Assembly: GCA_965208105.1 (NCBI GenBank)
Contig: OZ242318.1
Location: 2,784,001 to 2,848,000 of the forward strand
Length of the DNA stretch: 64,000 nt
Origin: Candidatus Latescibacterota bacterium
Lineage (GTDB): Bacteria; Latescibacterota; UBA2968; UBA8231
Direction: 5' to 3'
A program made the translations under genes and the position numbers. Shown here piece after piece: positions 41,447 to 50,662 of this stretch; the first letter of the stretch is position 1; every line of letters begins with the position of its first letter. The notes beneath the pieces were generated by a model. That model did not search any database and was not told where the DNA came from. It worked only from the letters and a program-made list of their open reading frames with translations.

Positions 41447-42169
41447 ATGCTGAAAATGCTCGCCGCTCGGAACCTGGAGCAGCGCCTGCGGGAAAACTCC
41501 TACCCCGGAAGAGGAATCGTCATCGGCAGAAACGAGCGGCAGGATTGGATCCAGGTCTATTGGATCATGGGACGCAGTGTCAACAGCCGCAATCGAATCT
41601 TCGTGTACGAGGACGAGATTTTACGTACCGAGACCGTCGACCCCGCCAAGGCCGGGGATTCTTCCCTGATCCTCTACAAGGCCATGCGCGCCAGCGGAAG
41701 GCGTTTCATCGTCAGCAACGGGACTCAAACCGATGCGCTTTACCACGGGATGGAACGGGAACAGCCCTTTGCCGAAATCCTGTTGAATGAAAGCCACGAA
41801 CCGGATGGGCCCAATTTCACCCCGCGCATATCGGGATGCGCGGACCTGAGCCAGTCCGAGGCGCGGGCGTGGCTGTCCATCATCAGGGCAAGCTCTTTTG
41901 ACACGGACCGGTCGGAACATCACTTCTTCCACTACGCTGCCCTGAAGCCGGGATATGGATATGCCATTACTACCTATCAGGGCGATGGAGACCCCCTTCC
42001 TTCTTTTGTGGGAGCTCCTTTTCTTCTCACCTTGCAGGGCAGTGCGGAGCAGATCGCTGAATCACTGTGGGGCGCCCTGGACTCGAACAACAGGATTTCC
42101 CTGGCTGTGCGCTGGATCGACCCTTCCACTGCCCAATCCGACGCGGTAGTCATCAATAGATACGGCTGA
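41447..42169 (+). CDS. PurO-like IMP cyclohydrolase
   Basis: YPGRGI, YWIMGRSVNSRNR, SNGTQTD, EPDGPNFTPRISG. Confidence 0.8.
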   Translation: MLKMLAARNLEQRLRENSYPGRGIVIGRNERQDWIQVYWIMGRSVNSRNRIFVYEDEILRTETVDPAKAGDSSLILYKAMRASGRRFIVSNGTQTDALYHGMEREQPFAEILLNESHEPDGPNFTPRISGCADLSQSEARAWLSIIRASSFDTDRSEHHFFHYAALKPGYGYAITTYQGDGDPLPSFVGAPFLLTLQGSAEQIAESLWGALDSNNRISLAVRWIDPSTAQSDAVVINRYG

Positions 42170-42178
42170 GCAGACCCC

Positions 42179-42718
42179 ATGGAGCAAAGTCGCTTCATAA
42201 TGGCCGAACTGGAACGATTATCCTGGTGGACGCCCATCCTGGGTGCGCCCATTGCCTACACCATCGAGCAAAAGGTCGACAGGGAGGTGAAGGAGGCCGA
42301 GTTTGTCGAAATTCTGGCCTTTATCAGGATCGCCACCAAGAAACAGGGAGAGGCCAGACAGAGAATTGGAGCCCTGGAATGGGAGAACAAAACCGATGTG
42401 GAGTCCATGCAAGTTTCCCTGTCCGCAGTGCGGCGTGAAACGAAACTCATGATTGGAGCGCAGTATGCCGGACTGGCCTTCTTTGCCTTCTTCACTGCGG
42501 GGTTCGCGGGTTTTGCCCTCAGTGCCACACTGGCCGGATTCCTGGTTGCTCCCAAAACGGTTCCAGGAGCCGCGCTTGCCGTGGTTGCGGGGGTGGCCCT
42601 CGCCCATTGGGTGGCGCGTTCGCTGTGGAGACAGACTGCGGTAAAACGCGAGCGCGAACTGCAAACCCTTCTTGAGCGGCTTGCAGACCGCATAGGGAAT
42701 GATCACGGGGCCGGGTAA
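42179..42718 (+). CDS. Hypothetical membrane protein (2 TM)
   Basis: Two hydrophobic helices in the C-terminal half; 9 nt downstream of the PurO-like gene. Confidence 0.55.
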   Translation: MEQSRFIMAELERLSWWTPILGAPIAYTIEQKVDREVKEAEFVEILAFIRIATKKQGEARQRIGALEWENKTDVESMQVSLSAVRRETKLMIGAQYAGLAFFAFFTAGFAGFALSATLAGFLVAPKTVPGAALAVVAGVALAHWVARSLWRQTAVKRERELQTLLERLADRIGNDHGAG

Positions 42719-42875
42719 TTGTAAAGCCGCAGGCAAATCGCGGGGCTTCTCTCAGGAACCATGCCCGGATGCCTTCATTCCGGGGTCCGCTACCATGCGG
42801 GACAAACATTTCAAGAGGTCTCAAATCACCATTCTGCCATTCTGCCCATCTGTTTATCGCCAGGAGATGATGTAA

Positions 42876-43622
42876 GTGAAACTAGAAGGCAAGATCGCCC
42901 TGATTACTGGTGGAGCTACCGGAATCGGACGCGCCACCGCCGAACTCTACGGTACCGAAGGTGCCACTGTGATTGTCGTTGATTTCAACGAGCCCGAAGG
43001 ACGCAGGGCCGTGAAGGAGATAGAAAAGGCGGGAGGGAGCGCGTCCTTCTATCAGGCGGACGTGCGCAGCGAAGAAGATGTGAGCTCCGTCTTCAAGGAT
43101 GTCGCTTCGAAGTACGGCCGTCTCGATGTGCTGGTCTGCAGTGCCGGCGTACTCAAGGGGGCGCGAAAGAGGATCGACGCTCTGTTGGAAGAGGATTGGA
43201 ACGCGACCATTGATACCAACCTGAAGGGAACTTTCCTGACGATCAAGCACTCGGTCGCGCTTTTGGAAAAAGCAGGCACTTCCGTTCTCCTGCTGATCTC
43301 TTCAGGGGCCGGAGTCCGGGGAGGCAGCTCTTCGTATGCCTATGCGGCCAGCAAAGGCGGCATGCACGCACTGCACTACAACCTTGAAAGCCAGCTCAAT
43401 CCTATCGGCGTTCGCGTCCACGTGGTCTGCCCGGGAAGTATCAGCACTCCTCTGAAGCTGGAAAACATAGCCGATATCGCAAGGGTAGAGGGCAGGGATC
43501 CGGAGGAGGCCGTGGCCCAGGCACGGCAGGAGTTGGGCCATCCACTAGGCGTAGCGAGGGTATTGACCTTCCTTGCTTCCAGGGATGCAGACTATGTGCG
43601 CGGAACCATTTTCACCCGGTAG
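42876..43622 (+). CDS. Short-chain dehydrogenase/reductase
   Basis: TGGATGIG, YAASK. Confidence 0.9.
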   Translation: MKLEGKIALITGGATGIGRATAELYGTEGATVIVVDFNEPEGRRAVKEIEKAGGSASFYQADVRSEEDVSSVFKDVASKYGRLDVLVCSAGVLKGARKRIDALLEEDWNATIDTNLKGTFLTIKHSVALLEKAGTSVLLLISSGAGVRGGSSSYAYAASKGGMHALHYNLESQLNPIGVRVHVVCPGSISTPLKLENIADIARVEGRDPEEAVAQARQELGHPLGVARVLTFLASRDADYVRGTIFTR

Positions 43623-43673
43623 GACGGCCTGATCGACATCCCCTCCGGGAATGCGCCACCTCCCGGGCTCCTA

Positions 43674-43835
43674 GTGTCCCGCCGCAGAGATAGGTTGGCG
43701 AAATTAGGCCGCCGAGGCGCCAGGCTCACAAGGCGCCTGAGCGAGTCGTACCAGTAGCGTACGGCGAGTGAAGGCAACGCCGTGGGCCGGGATGGATCGG
43801 CGGAAAAATGGCGACATATTTCTGCGACGGGACAC
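43674..43835 (+). mobile_element. MITE family 1, complete 162-bp copy C
   Basis: cta-GTGTCCC...GGGACAC-taa, with TA on both sides. Confidence 0.9.
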
Positions 43836-44728
43836 TAAGGCAGAATTTCCTTGCTGATCACTGCCCTGGTGGTTACCGGAAAGATCCCGGGATCGCAGCA
43901 CTGGCAGATCTGCACGTCAACAGCTGCACTCATCAGCATATAAGCTTCTTCAAAACTGAAATTCAGCCGGCGCTGAAGGAGCAGGGCCATTTCCTCGGCC
44001 GCCATGCGCGTTGCCTGCGCCATCTCCTTGTGTTCACCTGTGGTCACCCAGAATTGGGGAGTCTCGATCAATGGGCGGGCAATGGCCTTTTCCTTGATCA
44101 GGCTCACCTTCACTTTGACCTGGGCACAGATTTCCAATCCGACATAGGATAGCTCCCCATCCCCCTGGCTGCCATGGACGTCACCAAGGGCCAGAAGGGC
44201 TCCTGCCACGTAAACCGGAAGGTAGATCCGGCTGCCGGTCGTGACATATTTGTTGTCCATATTGCCGCCATGGGGTCCCGGGAAAGAGTTGCCTACTCCT
44301 TCTCCAGCCGGCGCCGTTCCGATAACGCCGATCATTGGCCGAGCCTGGAAGCGAATGCGCTTGCCGAAGAGAACCGTACCATCCTCTATTTCGGCGACTC
44401 TCGTAACGTGCCTGTCTGCCAGATGACCCAGCAGTCCCTGTCCGGCTTTGACAGCGAGATATCCCCTGTCCGCAAGGTCGATTCCTTCCACCTCGATGCA
44501 GAGGGTATCCCCCGGCCCGGCGCCTCGCACGAACACGGGCCCGGTAGCGGGATTGGAACCCAGGGGGTGGGGCCGGTCCAGTAGGTCCGCCTCGCTCTGG
44601 ATGGTGCCCGTGCGGGCGTCGTAGGTCTCGAATACAACCACGTCTCCTGGATCAACCGCTGTCACCGGGGGGTTGCTTTTATCCATTCCGTAGACGACGT
44701 GGTCGCGGGTGATGTGATGCTCCGCCAT
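43835..44728 (-). CDS. Acetamidase/formamidase family protein
   Basis: NPATGPVFVRGA.PGD, PMIGVIG, HGGNMD, GDVHG.QGDGE. Confidence 0.9.
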   Translation of the reverse strand: MAEHHITRDHVVYGMDKSNPPVTAVDPGDVVVFETYDARTGTIQSEADLLDRPHPLGSNPATGPVFVRGAGPGDTLCIEVEGIDLADRGYLAVKAGQGLLGHLADRHVTRVAEIEDGTVLFGKRIRFQARPMIGVIGTAPAGEGVGNSFPGPHGGNMDNKYVTTGSRIYLPVYVAGALLALGDVHGSQGDGELSYVGLEICAQVKVKVSLIKEKAIARPLIETPQFWVTTGEHKEMAQATRMAAEEMALLLQRRLNFSFEEAYMLMSAAVDVQICQCCDPGIFPVTTRAVISKEILP

Positions 44729-44827
44729 AATCAACCTCCTACTTGCCAAGAGAAAACAAAGTGCTTTCTTTTCCGCGAACAGCAGTATTCATCAGGCCAG
44801 GATTTACCTTTCAAGCACGAGGCAAGA

Positions 44828-45823
44828 ATGGGAAACATAGACTATATCCCTTTCGACAGGGACATCTGGGAGGAAGAGCTGGAGGATTTCGTCCCCGCGA
44901 CGATATACGATATGCACGTTCATATGTGGTCCGAAAAACACCGGGGGAAGCTGGAGGGACCGGCGGCGGGCCTGCGCCTGGAGATCGATTACAACGACCA
45001 TCTGGATTGGGCGGCAAAATTGTACCCCGGCCGCGAGATGCACTACCTGGTATTGGGAACGCCTCTGGTCGGGATCGATATTGAAGGCCACAATAGCTGG
45101 ATGGCAGAACAAATGAGGAAGGACCCTCAATCAGAAGTCAACTTGCTGGTCACTCCGGACTTGAGCCAGGAGTACGTCGCCGAGCAGGTGAAGTCCCATG
45201 ATTTCTTCGGCCTGAAACCTTACCGGGTTTTCGCTCCGGATCAGAACAATGGCAGGATTCGCGACTTTCTGCCCGAGTCATTTATTGAAGTCGCGGACGA
45301 CCTCGGACTGGCCATAACCATGCACCTGTCCAAGAAAAGCGGTTCAGCGGACCCTGAAAATTTGAAAGACCTGAAATACTACACCTCGCGTTACCCGAGG
45401 GCACAGTGGATTTTGGCGCATTGTGCCCGGGCCTTCAACTCGTTTATCCTGGAAGGGGCCATTCATACCCTTGTCGACCTGCCCAATATATGGTATGACA
45501 CCTCGGCCGTAAACGATCTGTACACGCATTACCTGCTGATGAAGCACGAGAACCGCAAAAGGGTCATGTTCGGTTCGGACAATGTCTGTGCGGGATGCGT
45601 CCGCGGCAAGTACATCACCTACGGTCGTGCCTGGGGGCATATCGATGGATTGCCGGAAGCGGATCACTGCGACCCCGCCGCTACATTTGTGATCTACGAG
45701 CAGTTGAGACAGGAAAAACAGGTGGCGGAGATGCTCGGCTTGAGCCGCGACGAAATCAACGACCACTTCTCAGGCAATGCACGGCGTTTTATCCGTCAGG
45801 TCCGCGGTTCCCGCCGGACATGA
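44828..45823 (+). CDS. Amidohydrolase family protein
   Basis: DMHVH, MHL, LAH, YDTS, FGSD; start at ATG 44828. Confidence 0.85.
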   Translation: MGNIDYIPFDRDIWEEELEDFVPATIYDMHVHMWSEKHRGKLEGPAAGLRLEIDYNDHLDWAAKLYPGREMHYLVLGTPLVGIDIEGHNSWMAEQMRKDPQSEVNLLVTPDLSQEYVAEQVKSHDFFGLKPYRVFAPDQNNGRIRDFLPESFIEVADDLGLAITMHLSKKSGSADPENLKDLKYYTSRYPRAQWILAHCARAFNSFILEGAIHTLVDLPNIWYDTSAVNDLYTHYLLMKHENRKRVMFGSDNVCAGCVRGKYITYGRAWGHIDGLPEADHCDPAATFVIYEQLRQEKQVAEMLGLSRDEINDHFSGNARRFIRQVRGSRRT

Positions 45824-45894
45824 CAACCTTTCCAAATGGCTTTCGAGCGGTTTGCGCCGACTGGTATCGTCCCCTGGAAACCGGAAATTAATTT

Positions 45895-46965
45895 GTGGCC
45901 GAGATTTCGGAGGATTGCATGACCCAACCCATTCCCCTTCGCCTCATCAACAGCGTTGCCCCAATCCGGATATGCGACAATGGCGGTTGGACGGATACCT
46001 GGTTTGCCGGTTACGGCAAGATTTTCAATATCGGGGTATATCCCTATGCCAGCGTTCAACTCCAGGTATTCAGACGGGACCAGGTGGAAAACCGAATTGT
46101 CATTTTTGCTGAAAATTACGGCACGCGCTACACGGTCGAGCCCGAAGGGTTCAAAGAGGACCGGCATCCCCTCCTCGAAGCGGCCATCGAGTACATGCAA
46201 ATCCCCAGAGATATCGCCCTCGAAGCGACAATTTTCTGCGAGGCGCCGGCAGGCTGCTCCACGGGCACTTCAGCAGCGGTTACCGTAGCTCTTATAGGAG
46301 CCCTGGACCTGCTGACCCCCGGTCGGTTGACTCCCTACCAGGTGGCACTGACGGCACAGCGGATAGAAGTGGAGATGCTGAAGCAACAATGCGGCATTCA
46401 AGATCAGTTGTGCTCCGCTTTCGGTGGAATCAACTACATCGAAATGTTCAAATATCCCCATGCCGCCGTTTCCCAGCTGCACGTCCCCAATTCAATCTGG
46501 TGGGAACTGGAGCGTCGGCTGGTCCTGATTTTCCTGGGGAAATCGCACAGCTCATCAGCCGTTCACGAGAAGGTAATCGCCGATCTGGAAGGAGATGGAC
46601 CGGAGTCAGATAAACTCGAGGATTTACGCCAGACCGCTGAAAAGTCGCGCGACGCGGTTTACGCTGGTGATTTTACAGCTTTGGGAAGGACCATGATCGA
46701 GAATACGGAGGCGCAAACGCGGCTTCACCCCGATTTGGTGAGCGCGGCTGCTCACGTGATCATCGACCTGGCCAGGGAACACGGAGCTTTAGGCTGGAAG
46801 GTGAACGGTGCAGGCGGCGACGGTGGTTCAATTACCATTTTAACCGGTCTTCATTCTCATCAAAAACGCGATCTCATTCGGGAAATAGAATCCGCCGATC
46901 CTCTCTTTCAGAATATCCCCATCTACCTGAGCCGGCACGGTCTCCGCCTCTGGGAATCTGATTGA
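45895..46965 (+). CDS. GHMP kinase (HddA-like heptose/sugar kinase)
   Basis: APIRICDNGGWTD, PAGCSTGTS, GIQDQ, KVNGAGGDGG. Confidence 0.85.
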   Translation: MAEISEDCMTQPIPLRLINSVAPIRICDNGGWTDTWFAGYGKIFNIGVYPYASVQLQVFRRDQVENRIVIFAENYGTRYTVEPEGFKEDRHPLLEAAIEYMQIPRDIALEATIFCEAPAGCSTGTSAAVTVALIGALDLLTPGRLTPYQVALTAQRIEVEMLKQQCGIQDQLCSAFGGINYIEMFKYPHAAVSQLHVPNSIWWELERRLVLIFLGKSHSSSAVHEKVIADLEGDGPESDKLEDLRQTAEKSRDAVYAGDFTALGRTMIENTEAQTRLHPDLVSAAAHVIIDLAREHGALGWKVNGAGGDGGSITILTGLHSHQKRDLIREIESADPLFQNIPIYLSRHGLRLWESD

Positions 46966-47049
46966 TCGGGATTTCGTCGATTTTGCCGATGTTCGGAGGG
47001 TTCGATCAGCGCGGCCCCGATGGGTTCGACCTCAACTCCCGGACTTTGC

Positions 47050-47529
47050 TCAGGGCCGGGAGCTTGCCTCTCGCCATGTCCTTTGCAGCTCAGCGATGAG
47101 GGTCTCCTTGTTGGCACGGGAAACCTGGCGGCCCCGTATTCTGACACCTGGGGTCTCACGCACCAACTGGCGCAACCGCGCAACCGATGTCGCCTCCAGC
47201 TCGATCTCCGAAGGCTTTGCCGATTGTTCCGGAGCAGGATCGGACCCAGGAACTGAATGCCTTTCCAGCAGGGCCTGAAGGTCCGGGTGCGGCCTGGGAA
47301 TGACGTGACTACTGACCACCTCGCTGAATCGCCGGGCAGCTTCGGCACCAGCTTGAACGGCAGTCTGCACCGAGGCCACATCACCGTAAAAACGCAGGGA
47401 AACCAGACCTCCCCCGATGGTCTCGAAGGCAAGCAGGCTGATATTGGCTGCTTTGGCGGCCACATCAGCAGCTTCGACGGCTCCGACCAGTCCCCGAGTT
47501 TCGATGAGTCCTATGGCAGTCTTTGCCAT
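47050..47529 (-). CDS. BMC-H microcompartment shell protein with C-terminal helical extension
   Basis: AIGLIETRGLVGAVEAAD..AKAA, GDVASV..AV, HVIPRPH; tail SVARLRQLVR...ANKETLIAEL. Confidence 0.92.
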   Translation of the reverse strand: MAKTAIGLIETRGLVGAVEAADVAAKAANISLLAFETIGGGLVSLRFYGDVASVQTAVQAGAEAARRFSEVVSSHVIPRPHPDLQALLERHSVPGSDPAPEQSAKPSEIELEATSVARLRQLVRETPGVRIRGRQVSRANKETLIAELQRTWREASSRP

Positions 47530-47562
47530 TGCGACGCTTCTATCGACGCGGAGATGGTGCTA

Positions 47563-47790
47563 TTATCTTGCGTCGTCTTTAGCGTATGGCAGAAGGGCGA
47601 GAAAGCGGGCTCGCTTGATGGCGCGGACGACGCGGGACTGCTGCTTCCGCGACGCCCCCGTGCGACGGGCGGCTTCGATTTTACCGGTGGGCGTCAGAAA
47701 TTTCGACAGCACATCGAGGCGTTTATAGTCGATTTCTTCAAGCTTGAGCTTGGCTACGATCTCTCTGCGGTTGCGCTGAAATCTATTGAT
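47563..47790 (-). CDS. rpsR: 30S ribosomal protein S18 (Cys-free form); start uncertain, possibly ATC
   Basis: IDYK..DVLSKFLTPTGKI..RRTG.S.KQQ..V.RAIKRARFLALLPY; AGGAG at 47800-47804. Confidence 0.9.
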   Translation of the reverse strand: MNRFQRNRREIVAKLKLEEIDYKRLDVLSKFLTPTGKIEAARRTGASRKQQSRVVRAIKRARFLALLPYAKDDAR

Positions 47791-47886
47791 GGCGATTTGC
47801 TCCTGTTCAACGTATGTACCGCGGTGGGACAAGAATGGAGGAAAGGACAAACCTTTGCCCCAAATGGACGGCGAAAAGAAGATAGA

Positions 47887-47915
47887 AAGATAGGTGCCTG
47901 GTTGTGGGATGTCAA
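47887..47915 (-). promoter_or_regulatory. Sigma-70 promoter upstream of rpsR
   Basis: TTGACA-N17-TATCTT on the minus strand. Confidence 0.7.
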
Positions 47916-49286
47916 TATGCACACCTAAAGCCATCTCTGTCTACCAGTACCAGGGCATGTTTTGGAATATTCCTCGCATTGGGAGTAGGCGGGCTGATCC
48001 TGGCACATCCTGGCCTCTACCCAAGGGAAACCGCATATGCCCTGCTGAGCGCAGCCACGGCCCTGGCCTGGACTGCAGTAGTTGCCCGCAGGTGGCGAAC
48101 GCGCGAGCAATTCATTCCTCCCCGCATCCTGGTGGGGACGGCCGCCCTTTGGGGCACCGGGGCTATTCTGTCGGTTTCGCTCAATGCCGACGCCTCCTGG
48201 AACCCTCTTCTTTTCCTGGGTTCGCAGCTTCTATTCCTTTGGATAGGGTGGTGGCTGGCCGCCGACCGGAACGCGCTGAAGATACTGGCGGTCAGCTTCC
48301 TTGCTGGAGCTGCCCTGTCCGGCCTCTGGGCAATTGTGCAGCACTACTACCACGACCCCTTTCTGCACAGCACTCAACCTGAAGGGCGCATTGTCTCGGT
48401 CTTCGCCAATCCCAACTATTTCGGCAACTACATGGCGGCCGCCATGCCCCTGGCCCTGGCCAGCGTCATGCAGGCAAGGGACCGGCGCCTGCAGATCGCC
48501 TCATGTCTATTGACAGGTCTGGTCTATGCCGGCTTGCTTTTGACCGCCAGTCGCGGGGCCTGGTTTGCTTCTCTGGGCGGTTGCCTGGTTCTTTCCTGCG
48601 GTTTTATGCGCACATTCAGCAGGAAAGGGAGGCCTCGACGAATCTTTACCCTGTCGGCCCTTTTCCTCCTGCTGTTCGCTATCACCATCCTCCTGATTCA
48701 AAAACCATCTCTCCATCGAGGAGGATATGGTCCTGTTTCCATCCCCGAGCGCTTTATCAGCACGAAAAGCCTGTTTGGCAACTCGGAGCCTTTTTCGACG
48801 ATCAACCATCGCTTTTTTATCTGGAAGGTAAGTTGGGAGATGATTCGAACATCTCCCATCCTTGGTCTCGGGTATGGAAGTTTTCGGGACCATTTTGCTT
48901 TCTTCAGGGACCATCAAAGAGAAACCAAGCAGTTCGAGACACTGAGTTGGGCCCAGCAGACCCGAGAAAGCATCCATGCCCACAACGAGTACCTCCAGGT
49001 CTGGGTCGAAAGCGGCCTGTTAGGGCTATTGGGGTTTCTGGGGTTGGTGGGAGCAGGCTGTCTGAGAGCTGTCCAGCATGCCTGGAACGCCGGTAGAGGA
49101 GGACTGTACGCATGGGCTGTTGTGAGCATGATCACCGTGATGCTGGTCCACAGCTTGGTAAGCTACCCCCTGCGCCTGACCCTGAATGGCATGGTGTTCT
49201 TTGTTCTGCTTGGCATGGGATTCAGATCAATCGGAAGGTTCTCCCTGATAAATTACAGCAATTGTCGAGATAATCCCTCCAATTGA
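47904..49286 (+). CDS. O-antigen ligase family membrane protein
   Basis: FANPNYFG, TASRGAW, PILGLGYG.F, HAHNEYLQ..VESG; start uncertain. Confidence 0.85.
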   Translation: MGCQYAHLKPSLSTSTRACFGIFLALGVGGLILAHPGLYPRETAYALLSAATALAWTAVVARRWRTREQFIPPRILVGTAALWGTGAILSVSLNADASWNPLLFLGSQLLFLWIGWWLAADRNALKILAVSFLAGAALSGLWAIVQHYYHDPFLHSTQPEGRIVSVFANPNYFGNYMAAAMPLALASVMQARDRRLQIASCLLTGLVYAGLLLTASRGAWFASLGGCLVLSCGFMRTFSRKGRPRRIFTLSALFLLLFAITILLIQKPSLHRGGYGPVSIPERFISTKSLFGNSEPFSTINHRFFIWKVSWEMIRTSPILGLGYGSFRDHFAFFRDHQRETKQFETLSWAQQTRESIHAHNEYLQVWVESGLLGLLGFLGLVGAGCLRAVQHAWNAGRGGLYAWAVVSMITVMLVHSLVSYPLRLTLNGMVFFVLLGMGFRSIGRFSLINYSNCRDNPSN

Positions 49287-49299
49287 GCCGGTGTGTCCA

Positions 49300-49323
49300 G
49301 CGTCCCGTCGCAGAGATAGGTTG
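49300..49323 (+). repeat. Isolated left TIR of MITE family 1
   Basis: gcgtcccgtcgcagagataggttg. Confidence 0.7.
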
Positions 49324-49428
49324 TGCGCTGTGCGCCATACCAGCATTGGCGACTCCCTGGTTTTTCATTACCGGTGGTTCGATCCGCTGGGGAACCGCTA
49401 CAAGATTTCGAAGAGATTCCGGGGCCGC

Positions 49429-50592
49429 CTACCGCGCCTTCCCATGCAGCTTGCGCATTATCTGAAAGTGCGGCACGCCACGGGACCTCATAAGGGAATA
49501 TTCATCTTCGTCGACACCCTGGCGCTGGAGAAATCCGCGGATGTCGTAGGTCCCTGGCTGTTTCGCGGGCAGCGAGCCCTCTTCGAGCATCATTTCCAGG
49601 GGATAACCCTTCTCCCTCAAGGGCAGGTGGACAACCTCGTGGCGGCGTGCCGACTCGTAGAGAGCCATCATGATTTCCACCGTATCCCGCGCCCTGCGCC
49701 CGGAACCGCGATGCTCGGCGCCGCCTTCGATCCAATCCACGAGTTCGCGCAATTGCGCAGCATGGGTTTGGCCTCCCATTCCGCGGATCTCCGTTTCCGC
49801 CACGCCCAGATCGATCTGCTTCCAGCCCTTGGTGGCACCATTGAAGAGCCTGACTCCCGCCTGGTGAACGTCAAGCGCGCCCTCCGAGCCGTGGACAGAA
49901 AAGCCCGCGGCCGAAGCATCCCTGGCCCCGAGGTCGGACTGGATGAATAGCTGAATATTTTCCTCCATCTGCACCAACCCCATACAGCAGTCTTCAATAG
50001 GGGTGCCGCGCTCGTAGCGTTCGGTCCTGCGTTCCACCGCCCCCATTACCCAGAGAGTTGATGGCTCGCCCAGGACAAATCGAGCTCCGTCGATCACGTG
50101 GGTGCCCCAATTGGTCAATCCGTCGGCCACCTTGCAGTTTACCAACAAGGGAGAACCGATGGCCTGACGCCGGATGAGATCGCGCGCCTTTTCCCAGCCC
50201 GGTGTAAAGCGCCGCTGGTGCCCTATAACTAGTTTGGTGCCACTATTGTGGCAGGCTTCGACCATTCTGTCTGCTGCGCCCAACCCTATGGCCATGGGCT
50301 TTTCGCAGATAATCCCTTTGACCCCCGCCTGGGCGGCTGCGATGGTCTGAGACGGATGCAGTAAATGCCAGGTACACACACTGACAATATCCGGCCGGTC
50401 GTTCTCGAGCATTTTCTCGATTGTGGGAAATTGCCGGGGAATTCCGTACTCTTCCACGTACTGGCTGCGGGCCGCCTTCACGGGATCGACAACCGCAACG
50501 ACATCCACGTTGTCGACGAGTTGGTATCCCTGCATGTGGGAGTGAGCGATTGAACCACACCCGATGATTGCCGCAGTATATGATTTGGACAT
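49429..50592 (-). CDS. Gfo/Idh/MocA family oxidoreductase
   Basis: AIIGCGSIA, CEKP, GHQRRF, GTH.ID. Confidence 0.9.
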   Translation of the reverse strand: MSKSYTAAIIGCGSIAHSHMQGYQLVDNVDVVAVVDPVKAARSQYVEEYGIPRQFPTIEKMLENDRPDIVSVCTWHLLHPSQTIAAAQAGVKGIICEKPMAIGLGAADRMVEACHNSGTKLVIGHQRRFTPGWEKARDLIRRQAIGSPLLVNCKVADGLTNWGTHVIDGARFVLGEPSTLWVMGAVERRTERYERGTPIEDCCMGLVQMEENIQLFIQSDLGARDASAAGFSVHGSEGALDVHQAGVRLFNGATKGWKQIDLGVAETEIRGMGGQTHAAQLRELVDWIEGGAEHRGSGRRARDTVEIMMALYESARRHEVVHLPLREKGYPLEMMLEEGSLPAKQPGTYDIRGFLQRQGVDEDEYSLMRSRGVPHFQIMRKLHGKAR

Positions 50593-50662
50593 TGGCAGCC
50601 TCTTGAATTTAATTTTTGGAGGGGACTAAAATAAGCAGGTGATCTTTTCGCGGCTATGCCTC

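Noticed and set aside
45895-47529. GHMP kinase plus BMC gene as a PduX-like microcompartment locus
   Set aside because: The genes are convergent and the kinase motifs are HddA-like
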